This document shows, piece by piece, positions 53,769-62,984 of a DNA stretch of 64,000 nucleotides. Position numbers and translations under genes: made by a program. Position 1 is the stretch's first letter. The number at the start of each line of letters is the position of its first letter. This stretch comes from Treponemataceae bacterium (lineage in GTDB: Bacteria > Spirochaetota > Spirochaetia > Treponematales > Rectinemataceae). The notes beneath the pieces are model-generated. The model was given only the letters and a program-made list of their open reading frames with translations. It did no database searches and had not been told where the DNA came from. Where the stretch lies: assembly GCA_963677895.2 (NCBI GenBank), contig CAXXGJ010000021.1, positions 32,001 through 96,000 on the forward strand, given 5' to 3'.

Positions 53769-54863
53769 TTATCTTCTGTATGTGGGAATATAGAGCGGGC
53801 GTTTTACTACGACGGCGTCCTTGGGCTGGCCGCGGATGATGACCTTGAGCGCCGTGCCCACCTTGTTGAACCCTGGCTCCACGAAGGCGTTGGCGGCGTA
53901 TTTCTTGACCGTGGGACAGAACATGCCGGCGACGCATCGCCCGACGATCTTTCCCGAAACGTCGGCCACATCGTAGCCTTCGCGCGGCACGCCGCCCGTG
54001 ACGTCCAGGCCTACAAGCCTTCTCGAGAGCCCCTTCTCGGCGATCTCGGACAAAGCGGCCTTGCCGACGAATTCCTTGTCGAAATCGCAGGCCCACTTGA
54101 AGCCCGCCTCGAGGGCGTTGATGGCGGGGCTGATCTCGTGCCCGTGGAGCGGCATTCCCGCCTCGAAGCGCAAACTGTCCCTCGCCGCGAGTCCTATCGG
54201 CTTGGTCTCGATTCCGAGTGCCTCGCCTTTCTCCATGAGGAAGTTCCAGAGAAATTCGGCCTTGGCCGCGGGGAAGAAAAGCTCGCCGCCATCCTCGCCC
54301 GTATAGCCTGTCCTGCCGAAAAGCACGGGAACGCCGGCGATGTCGATATTGCCCCAGGTAAAACGCTCGAGGGCGGAGACGGCCGGGGAACCGACGGCAT
54401 CGAGAAGCTCGATGGCCTTAGGACCCTGGACCGCTATCATGTAGGTATCATCCGACCTGTCGACGATCTTGACGCTCTTGTCGGCATGGGAGGTGAACCA
54501 GGCCAGATCCGTCTCGCGGTTGGACGCGTTGACGACGATCCACCAGGAATTGGGCATGCGATAGATGAAAAGGTCGTCGAGTACCAAGCCCTTCTCGTCG
54601 AGAAGGAGGGAATAGCGCGCCATGGGGGGAACCATATCCAGGATCTTCGCGCTGACGAGACCGGAAACGAAAGCGTCGGCGCCAGGGCCCGAAACCTCGA
54701 ATTGACCCATATGGTCGATATCGAAGAGACCGACGGAACGCCTCGTTATGGCATGCTCCTCGATCGCTCCCGTGGCATAGGAAATAGGCATATCATAGCC
54801 GGCGAATGGCGCCATCTTGGCTCCGTGCCCCAGATGCCAGCCGTGCAACGCTGTTGTGTTCGT
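53769..54863 (-). CDS. gcvT: Aminomethyltransferase (glycine cleavage T protein); SD-positioned start codon reads ACG
   Basis: T.LH.WH...GAKM.PFAGYDMP..Y, FDIDHMG, RTGYTGEDG.E, GLAARDSLRFEAG. Confidence 0.95.
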   Translation of the reverse strand, partial: TNTTALHGWHLGHGAKMAPFAGYDMPISYATGAIEEHAITRRSVGLFDIDHMGQFEVSGPGADAFVSGLVSAKILDMVPPMARYSLLLDEKGLVLDDLFIYRMPNSWWIVVNASNRETDLAWFTSHADKSVKIVDRSDDTYMIAVQGPKAIELLDAVGSPAVSALERFTWGNIDIAGVPVLFGRTGYTGEDGGELFFPAAKAEFLWNFLMEKGEALGIETKPIGLAARDSLRFEAGMPLHGHEISPAINALEAGFKWACDFDKEFVGKAALSEIAEKGLSRRLVGLDVTGGVPREGYDVADVSGKIVGRCVAGMFCPTVKKYAANAFVEPGFNKVGTALKVIIRGQPKDAVVVKRPLYIPTYRR

Positions 54864-54903
54864 AGTAGCCTCCTCGTGAGGAATATATATATGCGGTGAA
54901 AAA

Positions 54904-54912
54904 ATTATACCA
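54904..54912 (-). promoter_or_regulatory. Extended -10 promoter for the gcv operon
   Basis: TGG-TATAAT immediately after the GerMN stop codon. Confidence 0.55.
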
Positions 54913-55707
54913 TTAGAAACTGTTCCGCGAAAGCGGCTTCCCGATATAAACGCCCTCCCCTCCGAGATACTCCTTCAGTTTTCCCTCCACGAGAATTTGG
55001 ACATCCTGAACCGAAGGAAAGGAGGTGGCCGTATAGACGATCTGCCTCAACTGGGCGGAAAATCCCTCGACGCCATAATGATTGTACATGAAGGGCTCGC
55101 TCAGGTCGATGATGGCGGTGCTGCCCCGAAGCGTTATGCCCAGAAGTTTCGTGCCGCGCGGGATCAGGGAGACAAGGCCGCTTCGTATCTCTCCCTCGCT
55201 GGGTCCCGAAATGAGGGCGTTGATCGCGTCGCTAAGAGGCGAATCGCTCGCGGGAATGTTCCGTTTTACTTCGTGACGGGAAATCACGCCATCGTCTTCG
55301 ATTTTGACGAAGAAAAGACTGGCTTGGCGAACCTGGACCTCGGGAGCCACACTCGTGCCAGTTTTTTTCTCAGCGGGCTTCGCGTCTATCACCGACGACG
55401 GAGGCGGCACAGGCAAGGATGTGGTGGAAGGCGCCGGTTCTTCGATGGCGGGCAGAGCGGCGTTGGGTACGGCGATGGGACGGACCGTCGAAGAAGGCGC
55501 TGGAGATTCGGTTTCCCGAGCCTTCGCCGGAGGCGTCGTCGTGGTAACCCGCTGCTTCACGAGGTTGAAGAAATTCGTACTGTCGAGGGTCGCCTTGATA
55601 TCGGGGAATTTCACCGCGAAGATGACGACAAGTATGATGATTCCCGCCAATAAAATGAGGCAGCCGATGTTGGAGCCGCGGGAAGATTTCTTTTTTCTCG
55701 ATGCCAT
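54913..55707 (-). CDS. GerMN-domain membrane-anchored protein
   Basis: N-terminal TM helix, Pro/Thr linker, AL..GP...E...GL.SLIP.GTKL, A..DLS, QIVYTAT.F..V..V.ILVEG. Confidence 0.88.
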   Translation of the reverse strand: MASRKKKSSRGSNIGCLILLAGIIILVVIFAVKFPDIKATLDSTNFFNLVKQRVTTTTPPAKARETESPAPSSTVRPIAVPNAALPAIEEPAPSTTSLPVPPPSSVIDAKPAEKKTGTSVAPEVQVRQASLFFVKIEDDGVISRHEVKRNIPASDSPLSDAINALISGPSEGEIRSGLVSLIPRGTKLLGITLRGSTAIIDLSEPFMYNHYGVEGFSAQLRQIVYTATSFPSVQDVQILVEGKLKEYLGGEGVYIGKPLSRNSF

Positions 55708-55719
55708 GGTTAAAAAATA

Positions 55720-56829
55720 CTAGTGCCGGGAGGCTGAATGGTCAAGATGGAAAGGAGGAACCTTATCCGCTAACGTCATTTCCCCTCCCCCCTCCGCGAT
55801 TTCGTATAAAGATAACCCCGCGAAAACGCCCTTCGCGCCATTCTCGATCCAGGCGACTTGCCTGCGATCGACGTTATGGATCTGAACGAGGCGGCCTCCG
55901 GCCCGCAGGGCATAAGCCCCCTGAACCGGACGGTGGCCGGAAATCCAGAGACTTAGCCGATCGTCGATCGAGGCCCCGAGCAAAACCTTGAGACTCTCGC
56001 TCACCGCGTTTTCCTCGGCCTGGCCATTCCCCGTCCAGATGAGCGCCTTCACGACATCGGCCCGTGCCCGATAGTCCAACAAGTCGGCTTCGCGGAGAGG
56101 GAAAGCCGGTTCGGCATGGCTTGCGCAGAACCAATTCCCGACCGCGACGAGGGGAAGGAGGAGCTCGTAGCGCCTGATCGTCTTCATCAAGGCTTCGCCA
56201 TAGCGCAGCCTGAACCACTCGGCGCCCATGGCTCCCTCGAGGGCGTATTTGAAGAAAGGAAAATCGCCATTTGTGCCCGAATTGCCTATATTGTCGTGAT
56301 TTCCCTTGAGGCAGTGGAATTTTCCACCGAAACGCGCTTTCAGCGCCATGACAAGGCAGAGCGCCCCGAGGGAAGCGGCCATCTCCTCGTCCATCTCGGG
56401 GCTCAGTATTCCATTCAAACCCTGGCCCGATTCAAGGCTTTTGGCCGCCCCGCCCCACCTTTCCGCGCCCAAACGGCCTTCGCTGTGGAGGATGTCGCCC
56501 AGGCAGACGAGGGTGAGCCTGCCGTCCTGAATCAGATCGACGAGGCGAGTCCTGGAATCGACAGGCGAAACCGAGCCGAGGAGATCGGCGAGCAGGCTGG
56601 ATCGGGCATGCAGGTCAGACAGGATGGCGACATAGGGACTCGCGACGCGGACGAAACCGCCGGGTTCCTCCGAGGAAGACCGAGGGCGGATTTCCGGGGG
56701 CTCGGAGGAAAGGGCGAGAATGGCGGCTTCCGAAAATTCCGCGAGCCTTGCCGGTTCAGGATATTCACGTCGACCGGCCAGGGAATGCGCGAGTTCCAGA
56801 ATATCGCTCGCCGCGGATGCTGCGCTCAT
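55720..56829 (-). CDS. Calcineurin-like metallophosphoesterase
   Basis: DLH, LGDILH, KGNHD, ASHAEP, SGH motifs. Confidence 0.8.
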   Translation of the reverse strand: MSAASAASDILELAHSLAGRREYPEPARLAEFSEAAILALSSEPPEIRPRSSSEEPGGFVRVASPYVAILSDLHARSSLLADLLGSVSPVDSRTRLVDLIQDGRLTLVCLGDILHSEGRLGAERWGGAAKSLESGQGLNGILSPEMDEEMAASLGALCLVMALKARFGGKFHCLKGNHDNIGNSGTNGDFPFFKYALEGAMGAEWFRLRYGEALMKTIRRYELLLPLVAVGNWFCASHAEPAFPLREADLLDYRARADVVKALIWTGNGQAEENAVSESLKVLLGASIDDRLSLWISGHRPVQGAYALRAGGRLVQIHNVDRRQVAWIENGAKGVFAGLSLYEIAEGGGEMTLADKVPPFHLDHSASRH

Positions 56830-56857
56830 CGCGTCCCCTCCTCGAAATCCGACAAAC

Positions 56858-58144
56858 CTAGTTTTCGCTCTCCGCTTTCCTGATCCAATCCTGGGCGAGG
56901 ACGTCATCGGGGTCGATGACGAGAGCGCTCTTGAAAAATCCGATGGCTTCGCCCTTTTTCCCCATTCTGTGGGCGAGCGCGCCGAGGTTTACGATTATCT
57001 TTACGTTCTCGGGTTCCAGGCGCAGAGCCCTTTCCAGGCTCGCGCGGGCTCCCGGAAGATCGTCAAGCTCGATCTGGCAGAGCGCCATCTCGTTGAAGGT
57101 ATCGGTTTCCTGGGAGCCGAGGCTTATCGCCTTCGCGAAGGCTTCCTCACCTTCCTTCCAGTTGCCCAGCCTTCGGTTGGCCCATCCCACGAGGAACCAG
57201 CCGTTCCAAACATTCGGATATCGCCGCACGAATTCCCTGGCTCTGTCGAGACCTTTTTCTTCCTCACCCATCTGGATGAAGTCGTAGGCTTCCTTGAAGG
57301 TTGTGTCCAAATATCCCAGTTCCTCGAGTTTTTTCAGGATATCTTTCGCGCGTTGGATCTTCCCGCCGTCGTCGCTCAGGCCGATGAAACTGGTGAAGAG
57401 GGAGACGGCGCGGTCGAAGGATCTCTTGCGGACAAAAAAGAAGGCCGCGTGGTAATAGGCGGGCGCGAAAGGCGGTTCCATGGCCAAAAGCTTCCTGTAG
57501 CATTCGTAGGCGAGGTCGTCCTCTTCGTCGGCCTTATCCTCCTGCGATTCCTCCTTGAAAAGCTTGGCGTGTTCCTCGCGCAGAAGGGCTAGATCGAGAA
57601 GGGGTTCGGGAACCTCCGGATAGAGCCCCACGAGGGCGAGAAAGATTTCTTCGGCGATATCCCATTCCTTGGACTGGGCCTTGGCGATGCCGGCGTCAGA
57701 CAGCTCGGCCAGGAGGCCGGGCCTGATGGATTTCACGAGATCGCGGTATTTGGATGCGGCTTTGTTCTCGGGCTGCCAGGCGAGCACCCTCAGGATGCCG
57801 GCGATGACGCTCTCGACATTCACCATGGAGGCGTCGAAACGGACGATGGGCCCGGCGGTCTGCACCGGGATGGTCGTTCCGGGGCCGATTCCCGCCAAGC
57901 CAAGGGCCTCGAGTGCCTGAGGAGGCAGCTGGACGAAGACAACCGAAGAAAGGGCCCTCTCGGCCCTTTCCTTGAGAAGCTCCGCGTGGGCGCCGGCGCC
58001 CGTCCGCCCCTCCCCCGCGACCCGTGCCCCGCCATCGGGCGCCGGCGGCGCCTTGCGCCCCTCGCCCTTCGCCGTTTCGGATTTAGTCTTATTCAGTCGG
58101 AGAGGCGGCTTCGAGCCCGGCTCCCTGCGCGTGGATTCCTTCAT
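56858..58144 (-). CDS. Tetratricopeptide repeat protein
   Basis: Multiple TPR motifs in the C-terminal half (e.g. ARASLERALRLEPEN, AIGFFKSALVIDPDD). Confidence 0.85.
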   Translation of the reverse strand: MKESTRREPGSKPPLRLNKTKSETAKGEGRKAPPAPDGGARVAGEGRTGAGAHAELLKERAERALSSVVFVQLPPQALEALGLAGIGPGTTIPVQTAGPIVRFDASMVNVESVIAGILRVLAWQPENKAASKYRDLVKSIRPGLLAELSDAGIAKAQSKEWDIAEEIFLALVGLYPEVPEPLLDLALLREEHAKLFKEESQEDKADEEDDLAYECYRKLLAMEPPFAPAYYHAAFFFVRKRSFDRAVSLFTSFIGLSDDGGKIQRAKDILKKLEELGYLDTTFKEAYDFIQMGEEEKGLDRAREFVRRYPNVWNGWFLVGWANRRLGNWKEGEEAFAKAISLGSQETDTFNEMALCQIELDDLPGARASLERALRLEPENVKIIVNLGALAHRMGKKGEAIGFFKSALVIDPDDVLAQDWIRKAESEN

Positions 58145-58920
58145 TTGCCTTCCTTCCATGGGAAAATCATGCCCTTCAACGTTCGCTCGCCCACCAGTTC
58201 CTTCTCCTCCTTGAGGAGCTCTTCCCAGGGAACATGCTTTTTATCGGCCTGCGGATTCCGCTCCAGCCATTCGTACTTCATCATCCTGAGCTTCACGGCA
58301 TCGGCCGAAGCCAGGGCCAGGCCGGCCATGCCCGGCGCCATGAAGGCCGTGAGCACGGAGACAATCAAGGTAACGACATTATAGAGAAAAAGGAAAACCG
58401 TAAAGCCGAGATTGTCCATCATGAGGATGAGCGCGACCTTTACGTTCTTCCTGAATCCCCCTCCCCTGCGAACCAGGAGCGGAAGATAATACTGCGAGGC
58501 GAGAAGGGCAACGAGACAGGTCCAGAAAAGGAGACTGGCCAGGAACAGGCCCAGGAAACCTTTCTGGGCAAGATAGAAGGGTATGCCCACCGTGAAGGAG
58601 AAGAACAGCGCCAGATTGAGGAGCCCGACGACGAGCCCCGATTTCCAGGATTTCCCGAAAAAGGCGAAGCTGGACTTGAATCCGGGAGACCTGTAATCAG
58701 AAACTCCGTCCATCGCGAAGGCCGAAACCGCCTGCCACTGCGATATGGCGAGAATGCCCAGGACGAGACAGGCGATGGATAGCGCGTCCCCGATTCCCAG
58801 GGAAAGCGGGAGCGCCATAAAGAGCATCGCCAGCGCGAGGTAGACGATGTTAAAGGCCGCCAGGGAGAAGAGATTGTCCCAGCCGTCGAAAAACGCTTTT
58901 TTGATGAAGAAACCAATCAT
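58141..58920 (-). CDS. Conserved hypothetical integral membrane protein
   Basis: About 6 TM segments; ATGA overlap with the TPR gene; ends R.LKGMIFPWKE. Confidence 0.75.
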   Translation of the reverse strand: MIGFFIKKAFFDGWDNLFSLAAFNIVYLALAMLFMALPLSLGIGDALSIACLVLGILAISQWQAVSAFAMDGVSDYRSPGFKSSFAFFGKSWKSGLVVGLLNLALFFSFTVGIPFYLAQKGFLGLFLASLLFWTCLVALLASQYYLPLLVRRGGGFRKNVKVALILMMDNLGFTVFLFLYNVVTLIVSVLTAFMAPGMAGLALASADAVKLRMMKYEWLERNPQADKKHVPWEELLKEEKELVGERTLKGMIFPWKEGK

Positions 58921-58926
58921 ATAGTG

Positions 58927-58970
58927 TCTATACTACCTTCTTGACCTTTGGGCAAGTAGATATGTATTGT
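58927..58970. promoter_or_regulatory. Overlapping divergent sigma-70 promoters
   Basis: Minus: TTGCCC-N17-TATAGA-N6-ATG(58920). Plus: TTGACC-N18-TATTGT toward the decarboxylase. Confidence 0.5.
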
Positions 58971-59068
58971 AGGTCTTGGATACGTCGCCGGACCCCGGTC
59001 TGACGCTCCGCCCGCCGATATTTCCTGGTTCGGCCGGGTCCAAACACACAGGTGAAAGGGGTACGGCA

Positions 59069-60247
59069 GTGAAAGATCAGTACCACTTCCCGCTCGAGAA
59101 CTTCATCACGAAGGAACGCTTCGAGCGCATCAAGGCCTTTGCGGGAGACAAGGAAACCCCTTGCCTCATCATCGATCTGGACATCATCAAGAAGAATTAC
59201 GAGGATCTCCGGAGATTTCTTCCCTTCGCGAAAATATTCTACGCGGTCAAGGCCAATCCGGACGACGCCGTCGTCTCCCTTCTGCGCGATCTGGGCTCGA
59301 GTTTCGACGTGGCGACCCGCTACGAGCTCGACCAGCTCCTGCGCCTCGGCGTGGAACCGGACAGAATGAGTTTCGGCAACACGATCAAGAAAGAGAAGGA
59401 CATAGCCTATTTCTACGAAAAAGGCGTCCGGATCTTCGCCACCGACTCCATAACCGACGTGGACAAGATCGCCAGGGCGGCACCCGGCTCCAAGGTCTTC
59501 TTCAGGCTCCTCACCGAGGGCCTGGGCGCGGACTGGCCCCTCTCCAAGAAGTTCGGCTCCCACCCCGACCTCGCGCGCCAGCTCATCAAGACTGCTGTGC
59601 GCTTCGGCCTCCAGCCCTACGGCATCTCCTTCCATCCCGGCAGCCAGCAGCGCGACGTGGGCCAGTGGTCCACGGCGCTGACCACGGTATCCCAGCTTTT
59701 CACCTGGGCGCGCGACGATCTGAAGGTCAACCTCAAGATGATCAACATGGGCGGCGGATTCCCGGCCAACTACGTGGAGCCGACGGATTCCCTCGGCCAG
59801 TACGCCGACGACATCAAGCGCTTTCTCGACAACTCCTTCAAGAACGATTGGCCCGAGGAAATCATCATCGAACCCGGCCGCTCGATGGCGGGCGATTCGG
59901 GCGTCATCGTCTCGGAAATCATCAATATCGCGAAAAAGTCGGTGCACGAGCGCTACCCCTGGGTTTTCCTCGACATCGGCAAGTTCGGCGGACTGATAGA
60001 GACGCTGGACGAAGCCATCAAGTATCCCATCTATTTCGAGGGCGAAGGCACGGCGGTGGACGTCATCCTGGCCGGACCCACCTGCGACTCGATGGATATC
60101 CTCTATGAGAAGACGCAGTACATGATGCCCGATCAGGCGCGTATCGGCGACAGGGTGTACATTCTCACGACGGGGGCTTACACGCAGAGCTATTCTTCCG
60201 TCTATTTCAACGGCTTTCCGCCCCTCAAGTCATACATTCTGAAGTGA
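59069..60247 (+). CDS. Ornithine/lysine decarboxylase (fold-type III, eukaryotic-ODC-like)
   Basis: FYAVKANP, FDVA, KFG, SFHPGSQ, MGGGF, EPGR, GPTCDSMD, GAYT, FNGF; GTG start. Confidence 0.92.
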   Translation: MKDQYHFPLENFITKERFERIKAFAGDKETPCLIIDLDIIKKNYEDLRRFLPFAKIFYAVKANPDDAVVSLLRDLGSSFDVATRYELDQLLRLGVEPDRMSFGNTIKKEKDIAYFYEKGVRIFATDSITDVDKIARAAPGSKVFFRLLTEGLGADWPLSKKFGSHPDLARQLIKTAVRFGLQPYGISFHPGSQQRDVGQWSTALTTVSQLFTWARDDLKVNLKMINMGGGFPANYVEPTDSLGQYADDIKRFLDNSFKNDWPEEIIIEPGRSMAGDSGVIVSEIINIAKKSVHERYPWVFLDIGKFGGLIETLDEAIKYPIYFEGEGTAVDVILAGPTCDSMDILYEKTQYMMPDQARIGDRVYILTTGAYTQSYSSVYFNGFPPLKSYILK

Positions 60248-61346
60248 GAGGCAGCCCACAGGCGCGATGGCGGTCGCTGGCGACCGCCGTCTTGAGCCTC
60301 CTGACCATCGCCGCGGTCGCTTTCCTTGTCGTCAGCGCCTTTACCGGCGCTCCCAAAAACGTTCTTCTCCAGGCGCAGGAAAATCCCGCGCCGGAAATCC
60401 AGCCTCCTTCGATCCCGGCTCCCCTAAAGCAGGATACTCCGAAGGCCGCGCCTACGGAGCCGGCCGCGCCGGCCGCGCAAGACGCCCCCGGCACCGTAGG
60501 CACGCTCGGCGCTGCCGACTCCAGCCTGCGCGTCGCTACCTGGAACGTCCGCGACTGCGCCGCACTGGACGCCGCCTCCAACTCCCGCGTCGCCCTCCAT
60601 GACTATGTGGCGCGGTCGATAAAAGCCGCGCGCGCCGACATCATCGTCCTCGAGGAAATACAGTCGGACGAAAGCAAGGGCGGCGACATAGCCCTCCTCT
60701 CCGTGGCCCTCGCCCGCGAAGGCTGGGCCATGCCCTTCGTCGCCGTCGTCAACGCGAGGGGCGAGGACGACCTCGCCGTTTTTTCCCGCTACAGGATCGC
60801 CGATTACGGACCTGTCCTCGAACCCGCGAAGACCGATCCATGGCCGCGTCCGGGCATCCGCGCGTCCATTCAGACAGGCTCAAGCTCCTTGGACCTTTAC
60901 GGATTCCATTTTAAGGCCATGGGCGACGAAAAATCGGAAAAAGCGAGACGAGCCCAGGCCGAAGCCCTGGGCCTTCACCTGCTGGCCGCCTACGGCGAAG
61001 GGCTGACTTCCCGGGCCATCGTGCTCGCCGGGGATTTCAACACGGCCAATGACTCCGATTTTCTCGCCGTGAGGCTTCGACGCTGAGCGCCCTCAGGCTG
61101 GCCGACGACGCGGACAAGTCCAACGATTTTCTCGACGCGAACTACAGCTACCGCCAGGCCGAACCAACCTTCGTCGATTCCAGGTATTCGAGCATATTGG
61201 ATCATGTCCTGATTTCGCCAATCCTCGCCGCGGGCTTCGATAAGAAAAATGTTGAAGTGATCAGGCCATCGCCGGGGCCGGGCAGGATCCCGACTTCCGA
61301 CCACAACCTGGTCCTCGTCGAAATCTCTCTGCCCCGGGACAACTGA
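60244..61346 (+). CDS. Membrane-anchored endonuclease/exonuclease/phosphatase family protein; frameshift at ~61070
   Basis: VATWNV, DIIVLEEI, HFKA, AGDFN, then LDHVLIS and SDH in the next frame. Confidence 0.82.
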
Positions 61347-61355
61347 GAAAAATCC

Positions 61356-62651
61356 TTATTTGACTAAAGCGACCGCCGTGGCGTAGATGGCGTCCAGAAG
61401 CGGGTCCACCTGTTCCTCCTCCACGCTCGAGAAGGCCACGCGCAGATATTTGTCCTGCATCGAAATGGTGCCGATGCCCAGCTTTTCGAGGAGATCCACC
61501 CTCAGCTTTTCGGCGGAAATGCCCTTGCAGAGGAAACTCATGAAATAGCCTGAGTTGAAGGGAAGCGGCGCGATGCAGGCAGGCGCCGCGTGCGACGCGA
61601 AGTATTTCTTCATCGCTTTATAGCGGCCTTCAAGAATTTCCCGGTAGCGAGCCTTCTGATCCTCGTAGCCGGGGAACTGGAGCGCCTTGAGCAGCAGGTT
61701 CTGGGCAAGTCCGCTCGAGCTCGACACCGAAGACCTGATGATGCCCAAAAGCTTTTTCACGAGGGCATCCTGCTGGGGTTCGGTAAGGCCCTTGCCGCCG
61801 AAGCTGACGAATCCGACCCTGAATCCCCAGACATAGTCTTCCTTGGTGGGACCGTCGGCCTTGACCGCGAGGATGTTCTCGTGGGCGTCGACGAGGCGCG
61901 CGAAGATGGATTCGCGCAGGAGGTTTTCCTCATACTGGAGACCGAAATACGCGTCGTCGGCGATGACGAGAAGGTCGGTCCCTTCCTTGGCGATGGATAC
62001 GAGCAGCTTGACGATGGCGTCGGCTTCCTTCAGCGTCAGGGAATAGCCCGTGGGATTGTTGGGGAAATTGAGCACACAGACGGCCTTTCCCCTGCGCGCG
62101 CCCGCGTCCCGCAGGCCCGCTTCCAGGCCGGCGATATTGTATCCGCCCTCGGCGAAAATCGGGAAGGTGAGCCCGGCGGCCATCTTCCTCTCCTCGATGA
62201 TGAGCCTGTAGTTCGGCCAGTGGAGGTCGGGCACGACGACCGTATCGCCCGGTTCGATGAACATATCGCTCAGGTAGGAGACCGCGGCGGTGAGTCCGGG
62301 AACGACGACGGGCAGGGAAAAGGATTTGCCTTTGAGGGAGGGATTTTTCTTGACCATGGCCGCTTTCCATTCATGGCGCAGGGCCATCACCCCGCCCGTG
62401 GACGCGTAGGCGACTGCCTCGTTGGGCGTGAGCGTGGGAAGCGCCTCGCGGAGGGCGTCGAGCATCATGGGTTCGCCCAGTTCATAGGCCATGCCGATGG
62501 TGGCGTTGTAGCGATGGGCTTTGGAGGTGGCTTCCGCGCTTTGCGTGAGGATTCCCTTGGGGAAATACATGCGGCGCCCCATTTCCGATAGAAGGCGGCT
62601 CGCCGCTGAATTGGAAAGGACGGCGTTGAGCTCTTCGGCCAGTTGATTCAT
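61356..62651 (-). CDS. Aminotransferase class I/II (PLP-dependent)
   Basis: NATIG, NFPNNPTGY, DDAYFG, DGPTKEDYVWGFRVG, LRVAFS. Confidence 0.9.
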   Translation of the reverse strand: MNQLAEELNAVLSNSAASRLLSEMGRRMYFPKGILTQSAEATSKAHRYNATIGMAYELGEPMMLDALREALPTLTPNEAVAYASTGGVMALRHEWKAAMVKKNPSLKGKSFSLPVVVPGLTAAVSYLSDMFIEPGDTVVVPDLHWPNYRLIIEERKMAAGLTFPIFAEGGYNIAGLEAGLRDAGARRGKAVCVLNFPNNPTGYSLTLKEADAIVKLLVSIAKEGTDLLVIADDAYFGLQYEENLLRESIFARLVDAHENILAVKADGPTKEDYVWGFRVGFVSFGGKGLTEPQQDALVKKLLGIIRSSVSSSSGLAQNLLLKALQFPGYEDQKARYREILEGRYKAMKKYFASHAAPACIAPLPFNSGYFMSFLCKGISAEKLRVDLLEKLGIGTISMQDKYLRVAFSSVEEEQVDPLLDAIYATAVALVK

Positions 62652-62874
62652 CGTACGCTCCTGAGTCCGCGGAATCGGCTCCGATCCACGGAAATGATGG
62701 TAAAAGATTATGGGGCTTTCGGCCGTCTGTCAAGGAAGCCGGTGGTTTTTTGCCCCGCGCCGGACCACACGCAGAGGCCTGAGCCGACACCTAAGGCGGA
62801 GCCTTAGCCGGAACCCTAAGGCCAGCGGCCACCCGCCCCAAAAACTATTTTCATTTAGTAATCGCTATATATAG

Positions 62875-62908
62875 TACTTGTCATTATACATGGATACTTG
62901 TTATTATA
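62875..62908. promoter_or_regulatory. 14-bp direct repeat (period 20) overlapping a TATAAT in a divergent intergenic region
   Basis: tacttgtcattata (62875) / tacttgttattata (62895). Confidence 0.55.
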
Positions 62909-62984
62909 ATCGTGGATTTTATATCGATTGCATTAGAGCTGCCCTATATAGTGGCAAGCATATTATTGTAGTTGGAGGGTCATT

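Noticed and set aside
54864..54912. Glycine riboswitch upstream of gcvT
   Set aside because: Only about 50 nt are available and no aptamer motifs are present
62652..62984. FMN (RFN) riboswitch upstream of the FMN-binding protein
   Set aside because: No RFN core motifs seen (e.g. AGGGCGGGGUGAAAUUCCC, GAUGGGAGA)
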